A stretch of 64,000 nt of DNA. It comes from Gemmatimonadales bacterium (GTDB lineage Bacteria > Gemmatimonadota > Gemmatimonadetes > Gemmatimonadales > GWC2-71-9). The position numbers and the translations under genes were made by a program. The stretch is from contig JBDIWC010000005.1 in NCBI GenBank assembly GCA_039794085.1, positions 60,793-124,792 of the forward strand. Reading direction: 5' to 3'. Of this stretch, positions 46,980-56,552 are shown one piece after another (positions within the stretch are counted from its first letter, which is position 1; each line of letters opens with the position of its first letter). Below the pieces are notes generated by a model, which was not told the origin of the DNA, did not search any database, and was given only the letters and a program-made list of their open reading frames with translations.

Positions 46980-48021
46980 TGGCCTGAAGGGCTGCGATCC
47001 GCTCACGGACCAGGGCCACCACATGATCCGGCAGGGGCGAGTACTGCAGCTTCGCGGCCATCGACTGGGCCTCCGGGGTGATCATCCAGGACAGGAAGTC
47101 CCGGATCGTGGCTGCGACGGCCGGATCCGGATTGTCGCGCTTCACAAGGAGCCAGGTGAAGGAGGCGATGGGATAGGCGTCGGCACCCGGGGGATTGGTG
47201 ATGGAAACCCGGAAGTCGGTGTCGGCGGGGAAATCGGCGGTGGCCGCGGCCGCCGTCACCGACTCCAGCGAGGGGGATACCGGCACTCCGGCCTGATTGA
47301 CCACCTGGGCCGCCGGAAGGCCATTGCTCACGGCATACACGAACTCCACATACCCGATCGCACCCTCGAGCTGCCGGACCTGCTGGGTCACCCCCTCGTT
47401 GCCCTTGCCGCCGATTCCCAGGGGCCAGCTCACGGCCGTGGCACGGCCGACGGTCTCGCTCCACGCGGGCGATACCTTGGAGAGGTAATCCACGAAGACG
47501 TACGTGGTGCCGGAGCCGTCGCTGCGGTGCACGACCGTGATGTCACGGTCAGGGAGGGTGACCCCGGGGTTCAGGGCCACCAGGCGGGGATCGTTCCACC
47601 GGGTGATGGTGCCGAGGAAGATGTCGGCGATGGCCGCGGCGTCGAGGACGAGGGTGGCGGCCCCGATGCTTGGGAGGTTGTAGGTCAGCACCACGGCGCC
47701 GAGCACCGTCGGTACGTGGACCACGTTGCCGCCCGCCGCCTCGATCTGCTCCTCGGTCATCGGTCCGTCGGTGGCCCCGAAATGAACCGTGCCCTCGGTG
47801 AACTGACGGATCCCTCCTCCCGACCCGATCGACTGATAGTTGATCTGGATTCCGGTGGCTCGGGCGTACGAGTCGAACCAGGCGGCATAGATCGGGTTGG
47901 GAAAGGTGGCTCCCGCGCCGGTCAGGCGGGTGGCTGCCCCCGTCCCGCTTCCCCCTCCGCAGGCGCTCAGCAGGACCCCCAGGGACAGCGTGCCCAGGGT
48001 ACCACGGTTCAGCATCTGCAT
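46960..48021 (-). CDS. pstS: Phosphate-binding lipoprotein PstS
   Basis: Lipobox LSAC, GAGATFP, YQSIGSGGG, RSDGSGTT. Confidence 0.96.
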   Translation of the reverse strand: MQMLNRGTLGTLSLGVLLSACGGGSGTGAATRLTGAGATFPNPIYAAWFDSYARATGIQINYQSIGSGGGIRQFTEGTVHFGATDGPMTEEQIEAAGGNVVHVPTVLGAVVLTYNLPSIGAATLVLDAAAIADIFLGTITRWNDPRLVALNPGVTLPDRDITVVHRSDGSGTTYVFVDYLSKVSPAWSETVGRATAVSWPLGIGGKGNEGVTQQVRQLEGAIGYVEFVYAVSNGLPAAQVVNQAGVPVSPSLESVTAAAATADFPADTDFRVSITNPPGADAYPIASFTWLLVKRDNPDPAVAATIRDFLSWMITPEAQSMAAKLQYSPLPDHVVALVRERIAALQANGAPIG

Positions 48022-48114
48022 GGCCGGAACTCCTCGATGATTCGTGATCGATTGGTTACGTGTATAGGCGCGGGCGAAGAAACCACTTTTTCGGTCACGA
48101 ATGAGTGGTCACAA

Positions 48115-48131
48115 TGTAACGAACCTGTAAC
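48115..48131 (-). promoter_or_regulatory. Putative Pho box
   Basis: GTTACA-N5-GTTACA (11-bp period) about 95 bp upstream of pstS. Confidence 0.6.
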
Positions 48132-48153
48132 ATGCATCTGGCCGAGGACTATG

Positions 48154-48483
48154 CTACCGGCTGGAGGGCCAGCCGTCGCTGGAGCAATCGGCGAAGAGAT
48201 GATCCTCCTCCTCCCGCTGGAGAGAGGCCAGAGGGTGGTGCCGGATTCGCTGTGAGAGAAGGGGGTCGAGCCCCACAAGCCGGATGTCCCCTGACCCTCC
48301 GTCGAGGCGTTTCCGGCACCAGAGCCAGAGTCGGGCTGCTCCCACCGGGTCGACCTCCTGGACCGCCGACGCGTCGAGGAGGACCGGGGGGGCACCGGAG
48401 CGCATTGCGGGCAGGGGGGGGAGCTGGTCGACGGCGGCGCCGTTGAGCAGGGGGGGGAGGGCGAGTCTGCAGGAAGCGGTCAT
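48154..48483 (-). CDS. STAS-like (anti-sigma antagonist fold) protein
   Basis: VLLDASAVQEVDPVG...IRLVGL matches the STAS pattern; the usual phospho-Ser (DSxG) is Pro. Confidence 0.6.
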   Translation of the reverse strand: MTASCRLALPPLLNGAAVDQLPPLPAMRSGAPPVLLDASAVQEVDPVGAARLWLWCRKRLDGGSGDIRLVGLDPLLSQRIRHHPLASLQREEEDHLFADCSSDGWPSSR

Positions 48484-48541
48484 GCCCCCAACATCGTGTT
48501 GCCTCGTCACGAGGGCGGGAAACGGATGTAACGGGACCGGC

Positions 48542-50275
48542 TCAATCTCCCCGGGGTGCGGGTTCCGCGGGAAACCAGCAGTGAATGGTGGTCCCCCTCC
48601 CCAAGGTGCTCTCCGCGGTCACCTGTCCCCCGTGGGACTCCACCAGGTGCTTCACGATGGCCAGACCAAGGCCGGTCCCTCCCTCGTCACGGGAGCGGGA
48701 CGGGTCCACCCGGTAGAACCGTTCGAAGATGCGGGGAAGATGGTCCCCGGCGATTCCGATCCCGGTGTCGCTGATGGCGATGTCCACTCCGCCCTCCTGA
48801 TGGCGGACCTGACAGGTGATGGAGCCGTCCTCGCCGGTGTACCGGATCGCGTTGGAGAAGAGGTTGGAGAGGATCTGCCGGAGGGCGTTGGGATCGGCGA
48901 ACAGGGTGGGAGGCGGTGTGTCGGTCTCGAGGCGCCAGGCGAGTCCCCTCCGCGCGGCCCCCTCCGCGAACGGGGCCCAGGCGTCGCGGATCGCGGCGCC
49001 GGAGTCGAGGGGGCGGGGAACCGGGGTGTAGTGCCCCGATTCGATGCGTGCCAGGTCGAGCTGGTCGTCGATCAGATCCTGCATCCGCCGGGCATTGTTC
49101 CGGATGGTGGTAAGGAACTGGTGAGTCGTAACCGGGTCGGTCGTGTCGTGGAGGAGGGTCTCCACGTACCCGGTGATCGAAGTCAGCGGGGTCTTCAATT
49201 CGTGGGAGACATTGGCCACGAAGTCCCGCCGGACGGTTTCGAGCCGGCGCAGCTCGGTGACCTCGTGCAGCACGAGGACGGTTCCTCCCCCCGGCAGGGG
49301 ACGGGCGCTGGCCAGCAGGGTGCGGTCGTCGAGGGGGAGCTCGCCGTTGGTCACCGTGTCGCCGCGCAACGCGGCGTCGGCGAGGGCGCGGGCCTGCTTC
49401 TGGCGGAAGAGTGCCGGAAGGAGCGGGAGCGCTTCCTCGGGACCGTACCCGAGCAGGCGTCGCGCGGCGGGGTTGGCCCGTGTCACGGTGCCGCGCCGGT
49501 CGCAGGCCAGGACGCCCTCGACCATGGCGTCGACCAGGGCATCGCCCTGCTGGCTCTCCTGGTGGAGCTCGACGAACCGGCTCCTGATGCGGGTGGATAC
49601 CTCACGGAGCGTGTCATGGAGCCCGATGAGTTCCGGTATGCGGGAGCGTTCGAGGCGGGGCCCCTCGGCGGTGGGCAGATCGCGGACCGCCCCCTCCAGC
49701 ATGGTCAGTTGGCGGGAGACGAACCGGCCGGTGAGCCAGAGGACAAGTCCCCCGAGCAGCAGGACAACTCCCGCCCCCGCCATCATGGTCACGCGCGCCC
49801 GCCGGACGGCGGGATCGGCCGATCGGAGAACCATGGCGGTTCGCACGATCGGAGTCCCGGGAACGGCGACGAAGAGGGTTTGCTCCCCGGTCGTGACGCT
49901 CCGCCGCCGATCGACTCCCACGCGTCCCGCGATCGCCGAGCGGATTTCGGGTCGGTCCCCGAGAAGGTCCGTGGTCGAGGGCCCCGAGACACCCACCGCC
50001 GGAGATTTCTCCGTGTCGCCGACCACCCGCCCGGTCCGATCCAGAATGGTGATCCGGCGCCCCGCGTCGGACGGTGTTCGGGCGAGAGAGGCGGCCCACC
50101 CCGAGGAATCGCGGGGGAGAAGCGCCTGAAGGGTCCGGGCCTCACGCGTGAGTTCCTCCCGGGCCCGGGTCTCGATCTCCCGCCGGGTCGACCGATCGGA
50201 CTGGAACAGCATTCCGGCGGCGGCCACGCCCATCAGGCCCAGCCCTCCGAGGAGGAACCGGCGTTCCAGGATCAT
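48542..50275 (-). CDS. phoR: Phosphate regulon sensor kinase PhoR
   Basis: 2 TM, PAS, FVANVSHELKTPL, FERFYRVDPSRSR, GTGLGLAIVKH. Confidence 0.93.
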   Translation of the reverse strand: MILERRFLLGGLGLMGVAAAGMLFQSDRSTRREIETRAREELTREARTLQALLPRDSSGWAASLARTPSDAGRRITILDRTGRVVGDTEKSPAVGVSGPSTTDLLGDRPEIRSAIAGRVGVDRRRSVTTGEQTLFVAVPGTPIVRTAMVLRSADPAVRRARVTMMAGAGVVLLLGGLVLWLTGRFVSRQLTMLEGAVRDLPTAEGPRLERSRIPELIGLHDTLREVSTRIRSRFVELHQESQQGDALVDAMVEGVLACDRRGTVTRANPAARRLLGYGPEEALPLLPALFRQKQARALADAALRGDTVTNGELPLDDRTLLASARPLPGGGTVLVLHEVTELRRLETVRRDFVANVSHELKTPLTSITGYVETLLHDTTDPVTTHQFLTTIRNNARRMQDLIDDQLDLARIESGHYTPVPRPLDSGAAIRDAWAPFAEGAARRGLAWRLETDTPPPTLFADPNALRQILSNLFSNAIRYTGEDGSITCQVRHQEGGVDIAISDTGIGIAGDHLPRIFERFYRVDPSRSRDEGGTGLGLAIVKHLVESHGGQVTAESTLGRGTTIHCWFPAEPAPRGD

Positions 50276-50991
50276 CGGGTTTGGCGTTCCGCGCGAAAGC
50301 GATACCCGAAGCCTCGCACCGTCTCGATGTAGCGTCCCCCGTCTCCCAGCTTGCTCCGCAGCCGCTTGACGTGCATGTCCACGGTCCGGGTCTGGATGTC
50401 GGGGGAGGCGTCCCAGACCGTTTCCAGGAGTTGGGGGCGGCTCTGCACCCGCCCCCGGCGCTCCAGGAGCGTCATCAGGAGCTTGTACTCGATCGCGGTC
50501 AGGGTGATTTCCGCTCCGTTGACGAAGGTCCGGTGGGCGGAGGCGTCCACGGTGACCGGGCCGGCCGTGAGGGTGGTGCCGCTCACGACGGCCGGAGCCG
50601 CCAGGCGCCGCAGGAGGGCCTTGACCCGCAGGGCCAGTTCGCTGGGCGAAAAGGGCTTGGTGAGGTAGTCGTCGGCGCCGAGGCTCAATCCCTGGATCCG
50701 GTCGGCCTCCTCCCGCCGGGCGGTCAGGAGGATCACCCCCACGTCCCGGGTCTCGGGCCGGGAGCGCAGCTCCTCCAGAACCTCGTACCCCGAGAGTCCG
50801 GGGAGCATGAGGTCGAGCACGATCACATCGGGAGGTTCCCGGGTGGCGGTCTCGATCGCCTCCTTTCCGGTGGCGGCGGTCGACACCCGGTATCCGGCCC
50901 GTGCCAGATGGTAGGCCACCAGGGCGGTGATGTCCGGCTCGTCGTCCACGACCAGGACGCGGTAGCTCTGGGCTGCATCGGTGGCGCTCAT
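50272..50991 (-). CDS. phoB: Phosphate regulon response regulator PhoB/PhoP
   Basis: OmpR-family REC + wHTH (RTVDMHVKRLRSKL, IETVRGFGY); coupled to phoR. Confidence 0.9.
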   Translation of the reverse strand: MSATDAAQSYRVLVVDDEPDITALVAYHLARAGYRVSTAATGKEAIETATREPPDVIVLDLMLPGLSGYEVLEELRSRPETRDVGVILLTARREEADRIQGLSLGADDYLTKPFSPSELALRVKALLRRLAAPAVVSGTTLTAGPVTVDASAHRTFVNGAEITLTAIEYKLLMTLLERRGRVQSRPQLLETVWDASPDIQTRTVDMHVKRLRSKLGDGGRYIETVRGFGYRFRAERQTR

Positions 50992-51371
50992 GCCGGGATG
51001 ACTCCTTGGGGGACCTGAAACCGGGTGTGGGATCGGTGGCGATCGAGGGCCCGGCGTCGCTCGGACTTCATGTCATCCTCGCGGGCCAGCGCGTCCAGGG
51101 TGGCGTCGAGAAGTCTCCGCGACGCCGTGTTCTCCCGGGGGAGCCGGTAGAGGACGAAAGGGCCGACCGGAGTGTCGTGCACCACCCCGGCCTGCCTCAG
51201 GATCGTCAGATGCCGGGACACGGTGGGCTGGGGAAGATCGAGAATGGCCTGCAGATCGCTCACGCAGAGGGGCGCCGCGGCGAGACAATTCACCAGGCGG
51301 ATGCGCGTGGGTTCCGCGATCGTGAGGAGGAGGCGCGTGGGCGCCGGCAGGCTCGTCATATTCGGTTGCAC
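50988..51371 (-). CDS. ArsR/SmtB-family transcriptional regulator
   Basis: EPTRIRL, PLCVSDL, QPTVSRHL; stop overlaps the phoB ATG. Confidence 0.9.
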   Translation of the reverse strand: MQPNMTSLPAPTRLLLTIAEPTRIRLVNCLAAAPLCVSDLQAILDLPQPTVSRHLTILRQAGVVHDTPVGPFVLYRLPRENTASRRLLDATLDALAREDDMKSERRRALDRHRSHTRFQVPQGVIPA

Positions 51372-51409
51372 GAATATCCCGCATTCTTCACCGGAGGCAA
51401 GGGGAATCC

Positions 51410-51428
51410 GGTCACGGTTCGGTCACGG
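51410..51428 (+). promoter_or_regulatory. Putative Pho-box-like direct repeat
   Basis: GGTCACGG-N3-GGTCACGG (11-bp period) in the divergent promoter between arsR-phoBR and the 5'-nucleotidase. Confidence 0.45.
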
Positions 51429-51504
51429 GTCATGACGGCCGGGTGACCGGGTGCGGGAGCGCCGACATTGCCAATCGCCCTCTCGGAGAGGATAATTCCC
51501 CGCC

Positions 51505-52995
51505 ATGCTCGCCATCCTTCTGTTCGTTGCCGCCTCGGCCGACACGACGCTCCACCTCCGGGTGCTCTCGATCAATGATTTCCATGGGCAACTGGCACCC
51601 GCCACGTACGGCTGGTCGCGCGGGCGGCCGGTGGGCGGTCTCGACGGACTCCGGCGCCTGATGGATTCGCTCGAGGCCGAGTGCGCCTGTCGCACTCTCC
51701 GGCTCGACGCCGGCGACGAGATGCAGGGAACCCTCCTGTCCAACCTGGTGGCCGGGCGCTCCTCGGTGGAGGGGCTGAACCTGCTCGGGATCGATGTCGC
51801 GGCCGTGGGCAATCACGACCTGGACTGGGGACAGGATTCCCTGCGGGCCCGCCAGCGGGATGCCCGCTACGGGTGGGTGGTGGCCAACGTGTTCGATTCG
51901 GTGACGGGGCGCCGCCCCGACTGGGCCGATCCCTACACGATCGTGCCGGTGGCGGGAATGCGGGTGGCGGTCATCGGGTTCATGACCCGGGAGACCAAGC
52001 AGATCGTGAGCGCCCGGCATGTGGCGGGACTCGTGGTCCGGGGAGGTCTCGAGCCGCTGCGCGATGTCCTGGAGGACGTGGCCCGGGCCGATCCCGATTT
52101 CACCATCCTCCTGGCGCATGCGGGCGGGTTCTGCCGGGAGGACGGGTGCCGGGGCGAGATCATCGACCTGGCCCGGGAACTCCCCACGGGGGCGGTGGAC
52201 CTGATCGTGTCGGGTCACACCCACTCTCTCCTCAACACCCGGGTCAACGGGATTCCGATCGTCCAGTCACTGAGCAACGCGCGGGCCCTGGGGGTGAGTG
52301 ACCTGACGCGGACAGCCGAGGGGATTCGCGTCACGACCCGGGTGGACACCGTCTGGGCCGACGCCCCGGCTTCCGAGGAAACCCGCGCGCTCCTGGCCGG
52401 GTACGAAGCCATCGCCGCCCCGCTGGCCGGCCGGGTCATCGCGACCCTGCGGGACACCCTGCAGCGCACCCGGGGAGAACAATATGCCCTCGGCAATCTC
52501 CTCGCCGATGCGCTCCGCGAGGTGGGGCAGGCCGACGTGGGGCTCATCAACAACGGGGGGATCCGCGCCGATCTTCCCGCCGGGCCGGTCACGTACGGTC
52601 AGTTGTTCCAACTGCAACCCTTCGCCAATCGCGTGGTGCGTCTCACCCTGCCGGGTCGCACGCTCCGCGCGGTGCTGGAGCACGCCCTGGAGGACGGTGT
52701 GCCCGATGCCCATGTGGCCGGAGTCACCGTGCGGTGGGACCGGTCCCGTCCCGCCGGGGAACGGGTGCGGGAGGTGCGCATGGCCGATGGCCGCGCCCTC
52801 GATCCGGGCGCCTCCTACACCCTCGCGCTCGGCGACTTCCTGCACACCGGCGGCGGGGGATACACGATGCTCATCCCGCTGGGTGCCGAGCCGGTCGGGC
52901 TGACCGACCTCGAGTTGACCATCCGATACCTCGAATCGCGACCGTCTCCCGTCGTGGTTTCATCCGACCCTCGTTTCGTGCCGGTGGCGCCGTGA
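51505..52995 (+). CDS. 5'-nucleotidase / metallophosphatase
   Basis: INDFHG, DAGD, GNHD, GHTH, NNGGIRA C-terminal domain. Confidence 0.92.
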   Translation: MLAILLFVAASADTTLHLRVLSINDFHGQLAPATYGWSRGRPVGGLDGLRRLMDSLEAECACRTLRLDAGDEMQGTLLSNLVAGRSSVEGLNLLGIDVAAVGNHDLDWGQDSLRARQRDARYGWVVANVFDSVTGRRPDWADPYTIVPVAGMRVAVIGFMTRETKQIVSARHVAGLVVRGGLEPLRDVLEDVARADPDFTILLAHAGGFCREDGCRGEIIDLARELPTGAVDLIVSGHTHSLLNTRVNGIPIVQSLSNARALGVSDLTRTAEGIRVTTRVDTVWADAPASEETRALLAGYEAIAAPLAGRVIATLRDTLQRTRGEQYALGNLLADALREVGQADVGLINNGGIRADLPAGPVTYGQLFQLQPFANRVVRLTLPGRTLRAVLEHALEDGVPDAHVAGVTVRWDRSRPAGERVREVRMADGRALDPGASYTLALGDFLHTGGGGYTMLIPLGAEPVGLTDLELTIRYLESRPSPVVVSSDPRFVPVAP

Positions 52996-53240
52996 GCGCC
53001 GCGACCATGAGAGTCTATCTGAATGAGCAGGGGGTGACGGTGCCGGAGCGGAGCACTGTCCTCGACGTGGTGCGCCTCGTGGACCCCGGGCTGGCGGATC
53101 AGGTGGTGGCCGGGAACGCCGTCTGCACGGATGGTCGCAGTGTGACCTGCGCCCCGGGCGACGTTCTCACCGCCGGGAGCATTCTCCGCGTGCGGATCTC
53201 GGCACGGCACCCCGGACGGGACCCCGATGCTCACGCGTGA
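52992..53240 (+). CDS. Small hypothetical protein, ThiS/MoaD-like beta-grasp pattern
   Basis: MRVYLNEQGVTVPERSTVLDVV...LTAGSILRV; overlaps both neighbouring genes. Confidence 0.6.
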   Translation: MSAATMRVYLNEQGVTVPERSTVLDVVRLVDPGLADQVVAGNAVCTDGRSVTCAPGDVLTAGSILRVRISARHPGRDPDAHA

Positions 53241-54252
53241 TCTGATCGCCCGGCTCCCCAAGGCGGAGCTGCATGTGCACCTGGATGGGTCTCTCCGCCC
53301 GGAGACGATGGTGGACCTGGCGCGCACGGCCGGCGTGACGCTGCCGAGCGAGGACCCCGAGGTGCTCCGGCAACACATGCTGGTCGACGATGCCCGGGAT
53401 CTGGAGGAGTATCTCGCCCGGTTCGACCTGACGATCGCCCTGCTGCAGGATCCCGAGGCGATCGAACGGGTGGCCTGGGAGATGGTGGAGGATGCGGCGC
53501 GCGACAACCTGCGGTACCTCGAGGTGCGGTACTGTCCCGCCCTGAGCTGCCGGAGCGGGCTCTCCCTCGACGAGGTGATTGCCGCGGAGTGGCGAGGGTT
53601 GTCGCGCGGGGAGCGGGATTTCGGGGTGATCCCCCGGATCCTCAACTGCTCGCTTCGCCATTACGACCCCTCCGTGTCCCTCGCGATCGCCGAGGCGTCG
53701 GTGCGGTGCCAGGATGACGGAGTGGTCGGGTTCGATCTGGCGGGCGGCGAGGCGGGTCGTCCCCCGGGGCTCCACGCGGCGGCCTTCGATGTGGCGGTGC
53801 GGGGGGGGCTCGCGGTCACGGTGCATGCGGGCGAAGCGGCCGGCCCCGAATCGATTTCCGAAGCGCTGTTCCGGTGCCACGCACACCGCCTGGGCCACGG
53901 GACCCGTCTCCATGAGGACCCCCGGCTGCAGGACTGGGTGCGCGATCGCCGCATCCCCATCGAAACGAACATCACGAGCAACGTGCAGACCCATGCGGTG
54001 GAGCGCGCGGAAAGACATCCGGTCCGGCGCTACTTCGACGCGGGATTGGTGGTGACCCTCTCGACCGATAGCTGGCTCATGAGTGGCGTGTCGCTGACCG
54101 ACGAGTACTGGCTGGCTCACCGTGCCTTGAAATTCACCCGGGAGGAGATCGACCAGATGATCCTCAATGCGTGCACCGCGGCGTTCCTCCCCTGGCCGGA
54201 GCGACAGGCCCTGCACGCCCGGGTGGCGGCGGAACTCGCGACGATCCCATGA
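53227..54252 (+). CDS. add: Adenosine deaminase
   Basis: PKAELHVHLDGS, HAGE, RLGHG, STD. Confidence 0.93.
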   Translation: MLTRDLIARLPKAELHVHLDGSLRPETMVDLARTAGVTLPSEDPEVLRQHMLVDDARDLEEYLARFDLTIALLQDPEAIERVAWEMVEDAARDNLRYLEVRYCPALSCRSGLSLDEVIAAEWRGLSRGERDFGVIPRILNCSLRHYDPSVSLAIAEASVRCQDDGVVGFDLAGGEAGRPPGLHAAAFDVAVRGGLAVTVHAGEAAGPESISEALFRCHAHRLGHGTRLHEDPRLQDWVRDRRIPIETNITSNVQTHAVERAERHPVRRYFDAGLVVTLSTDSWLMSGVSLTDEYWLAHRALKFTREEIDQMILNACTAAFLPWPERQALHARVAAELATIP

Positions 54253-55622
54253 CAGTCCTCTTCCTGCTGCAGACCGCGGCGGAACGGCTGGCCGACGCCC
54301 GGGCCGGTCTCGACACCCCGGTGATCGAGCGTCTCGCCGGGCTTCTCGGGATGGCGGTCATTCTGGGCCTGGCGGTGCTGATCTCCTGGAATCGCCGGGC
54401 CATCCGGTGGCGCCTGGTGGCGACGGGGCTCGCCCTGCAGGCTCTGTTCGGCATCATCGTGCTGAAGACGGAGCCGGGCCGCGCCTTCTTCCGCCTCATG
54501 GGCGACGCGATCACGAGTCTGCTCGGGTTTCAGGAAAAGGGGGCCCGGTTCGTGTTCGGCAACCTGGTGCAGAACCACGTGCCGGTCGGTCCCCTGGGCC
54601 CGGCGGGCGGTCTCGACACCAGTGCGGGCATGGTGGCGGACACGGGGGCATTTTTTGCCTTCAACGTGTTGCCGACCATCATCTTCTTCTCCTCCCTCAT
54701 GTCGATCCTCTATTACTTTGGCGTGATGCAACGGGTGGTGAAGGGGATCGCCTGGGTGATGCAGCGCACGCTCCGCACCTCCGGGGCGGAGACCCTCTCC
54801 GCCAGCGGCAACATCTTTCTGGGCCAGACCGAGGCCCCCCTCCTGATCAAGCCGTTCGTGAAGGCGATGACCTCATCCGAGCTGACCACGGTGATGGTCG
54901 GAGGGTTTGCCACGGTGGCGGGCGGCGTGCTCGCGGCCTATGTCGGCATGCTGTCCGGGGTGTTTCCCGGCATCGCCGGGCATCTCCTGGCGGGGAGTGT
55001 GATGAACGCCCCGGCGGGGCTGCTGATTTCCAAGATCATCGCGCCGGAGACCGGGGTGCCGGCCACGGCCCACTCGCTCGACATGCAGGTGGACAAGACC
55101 GACGGGTCCGCCATCGAGGCGGCGGCCAACGGAGCGGCCCAGGGGGTTCAGCTGGCCATCAATGTCGCGGCGATGCTCATGGCGTTCGTGGCCTTGGTGT
55201 ATCTGGTGGACGGCGGCCTCGGCTGGCTCGGCGGACTCGTCGGGTGGGACGACCTGAGCCTGCGCGGCCTGCTGGGGCTCGCCCTCCGACCGCTGGCCTG
55301 GGTGATGGGGGTCCCCTGGGGGGAGACGGCCTATGTCGGGGGGCTCATCGGCCTGAAGACCACACTCAACGAGTTCTTCGCCTACGCGCAGTTCGCCGGT
55401 GATCTCGGCTCCGGGGTGGCCCTCAGTCCGCGGAGTGCCATCATCACCACCTATGCCCTCCTGGGTTTCGCCAACTTCTCCTCGATTGCCATCCAGATCG
55501 GCGGCATCGGGGGTCTCGCTCCCGAACGCCGTCCGGACATCGCCCGGCTGGGGCTGCGGGCCATGATCGGAGGCAATCTGGCCGCGTTCCTGTCGGCCAC
55601 ACTGGTCGGGATGCTCGCATGA
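54249..55622 (+). CDS. nupC: Concentrative nucleoside transporter (CNT/NupC family)
   Basis: NIFLGQTEAPL, GFATVAGG, NEFFAY, GFANFSSIAIQIGG. Confidence 0.93.
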   Translation: MTVLFLLQTAAERLADARAGLDTPVIERLAGLLGMAVILGLAVLISWNRRAIRWRLVATGLALQALFGIIVLKTEPGRAFFRLMGDAITSLLGFQEKGARFVFGNLVQNHVPVGPLGPAGGLDTSAGMVADTGAFFAFNVLPTIIFFSSLMSILYYFGVMQRVVKGIAWVMQRTLRTSGAETLSASGNIFLGQTEAPLLIKPFVKAMTSSELTTVMVGGFATVAGGVLAAYVGMLSGVFPGIAGHLLAGSVMNAPAGLLISKIIAPETGVPATAHSLDMQVDKTDGSAIEAAANGAAQGVQLAINVAAMLMAFVALVYLVDGGLGWLGGLVGWDDLSLRGLLGLALRPLAWVMGVPWGETAYVGGLIGLKTTLNEFFAYAQFAGDLGSGVALSPRSAIITTYALLGFANFSSIAIQIGGIGGLAPERRPDIARLGLRAMIGGNLAAFLSATLVGMLA

Positions 55623-55729
55623 ACAATGATCAATGAACAATGACCAATGACCAATGACCAATGACCAATGACAGCTGACCAGCACCTGACACCCAATACG
55701 CAACACCCAACACCCAGTACCCAACACCC
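55618..55729 (+). repeat. Heptamer repeats (CAATGAM, then CACCCAR-like) spanning the nupC stop and PNP start
   Basis: About 7 CAATGAN units, then CACCCAA/TACCCAA units translated as TPNTQHPTPSTQHP. Confidence 0.85.
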
Positions 55730-56549
55730 TGCCGACCGCTCGGAGCGGATTGCCCGCGCGACCGAGGCGGTGCGTGCGCGCCTGGGCGGTGTCAGGCCGG
55801 TGGCGGCCCTCGTGCTGGGATCGGGCCTCGGGGGCCTCACCGATCGTTTTCGCGACGCCATCCGCCTTCCGTACGGAGAGATTCCGGGCTTTCCCCTCCC
55901 CACGGTCGAGGGTCACCATGGGGAGTTGGTCGCGGGGACCTTCGCGGGCCGGCCGGTGCTGGCTCAGAGCGGTCGCTTCCACTGCTATGAAGGCCACGAC
56001 GCCGACCTGACGGCCCTGCCGGTGCGGGTGTTCGCATCCCTCGGCATCGGGACGGTCCTCCTCACCAATGCCGCGGGAGGGGTGCGCCGCACCTTCGGGC
56101 CCGGCACGTTGATGCTGATCTCCGACCACCTGAACCTGACCGGTCGCAATCCGCTCATCGGACCGGTGCTGGAGGGAGAAACCCGGTTCCCCGACATGTC
56201 GGCGCCCTACGATCCGGCGCTGCGGGAGCGGGCCCGACAGGTGGCGCTGGAGAAGGGGATCGCGCTGGCGGAGGGGGTGTACGCGGGCCTCCTGGGCCCG
56301 AGCTATGAAACGCCGAGCGAGGTCCGCATGCTCGAGCGGCTGGGCGCCGATGCCGTGGGGATGTCCACGGTGCTCGAGGTGATCGCCGCGCGGGCGCGGG
56401 GCATGCGCTGTCTCGGAATCTCCACCATCACCAACTCCGCGGCGGGGATCGGGACCACCCCTCTCTCCCACGCCGAGGTGATGGACACCGCCGCGCGGGT
56501 GGGCCGGGAGTTGGGGGACCTGGTGGAAGGGATCGTCGCGGGACTCTGA
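55668..56549 (+). CDS. Purine-nucleoside phosphorylase (trimeric type)
   Basis: LGSGLG, GRFHCYEG, TNAAGG, GPSYET, GMSTV. Confidence 0.93.
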   Translation: MTADQHLTPNTQHPTPSTQHPADRSERIARATEAVRARLGGVRPVAALVLGSGLGGLTDRFRDAIRLPYGEIPGFPLPTVEGHHGELVAGTFAGRPVLAQSGRFHCYEGHDADLTALPVRVFASLGIGTVLLTNAAGGVRRTFGPGTLMLISDHLNLTGRNPLIGPVLEGETRFPDMSAPYDPALRERARQVALEKGIALAEGVYAGLLGPSYETPSEVRMLERLGADAVGMSTVLEVIAARARGMRCLGISTITNSAAGIGTTPLSHAEVMDTAARVGRELGDLVEGIVAGL

Positions 56550-56552
56550 CGG

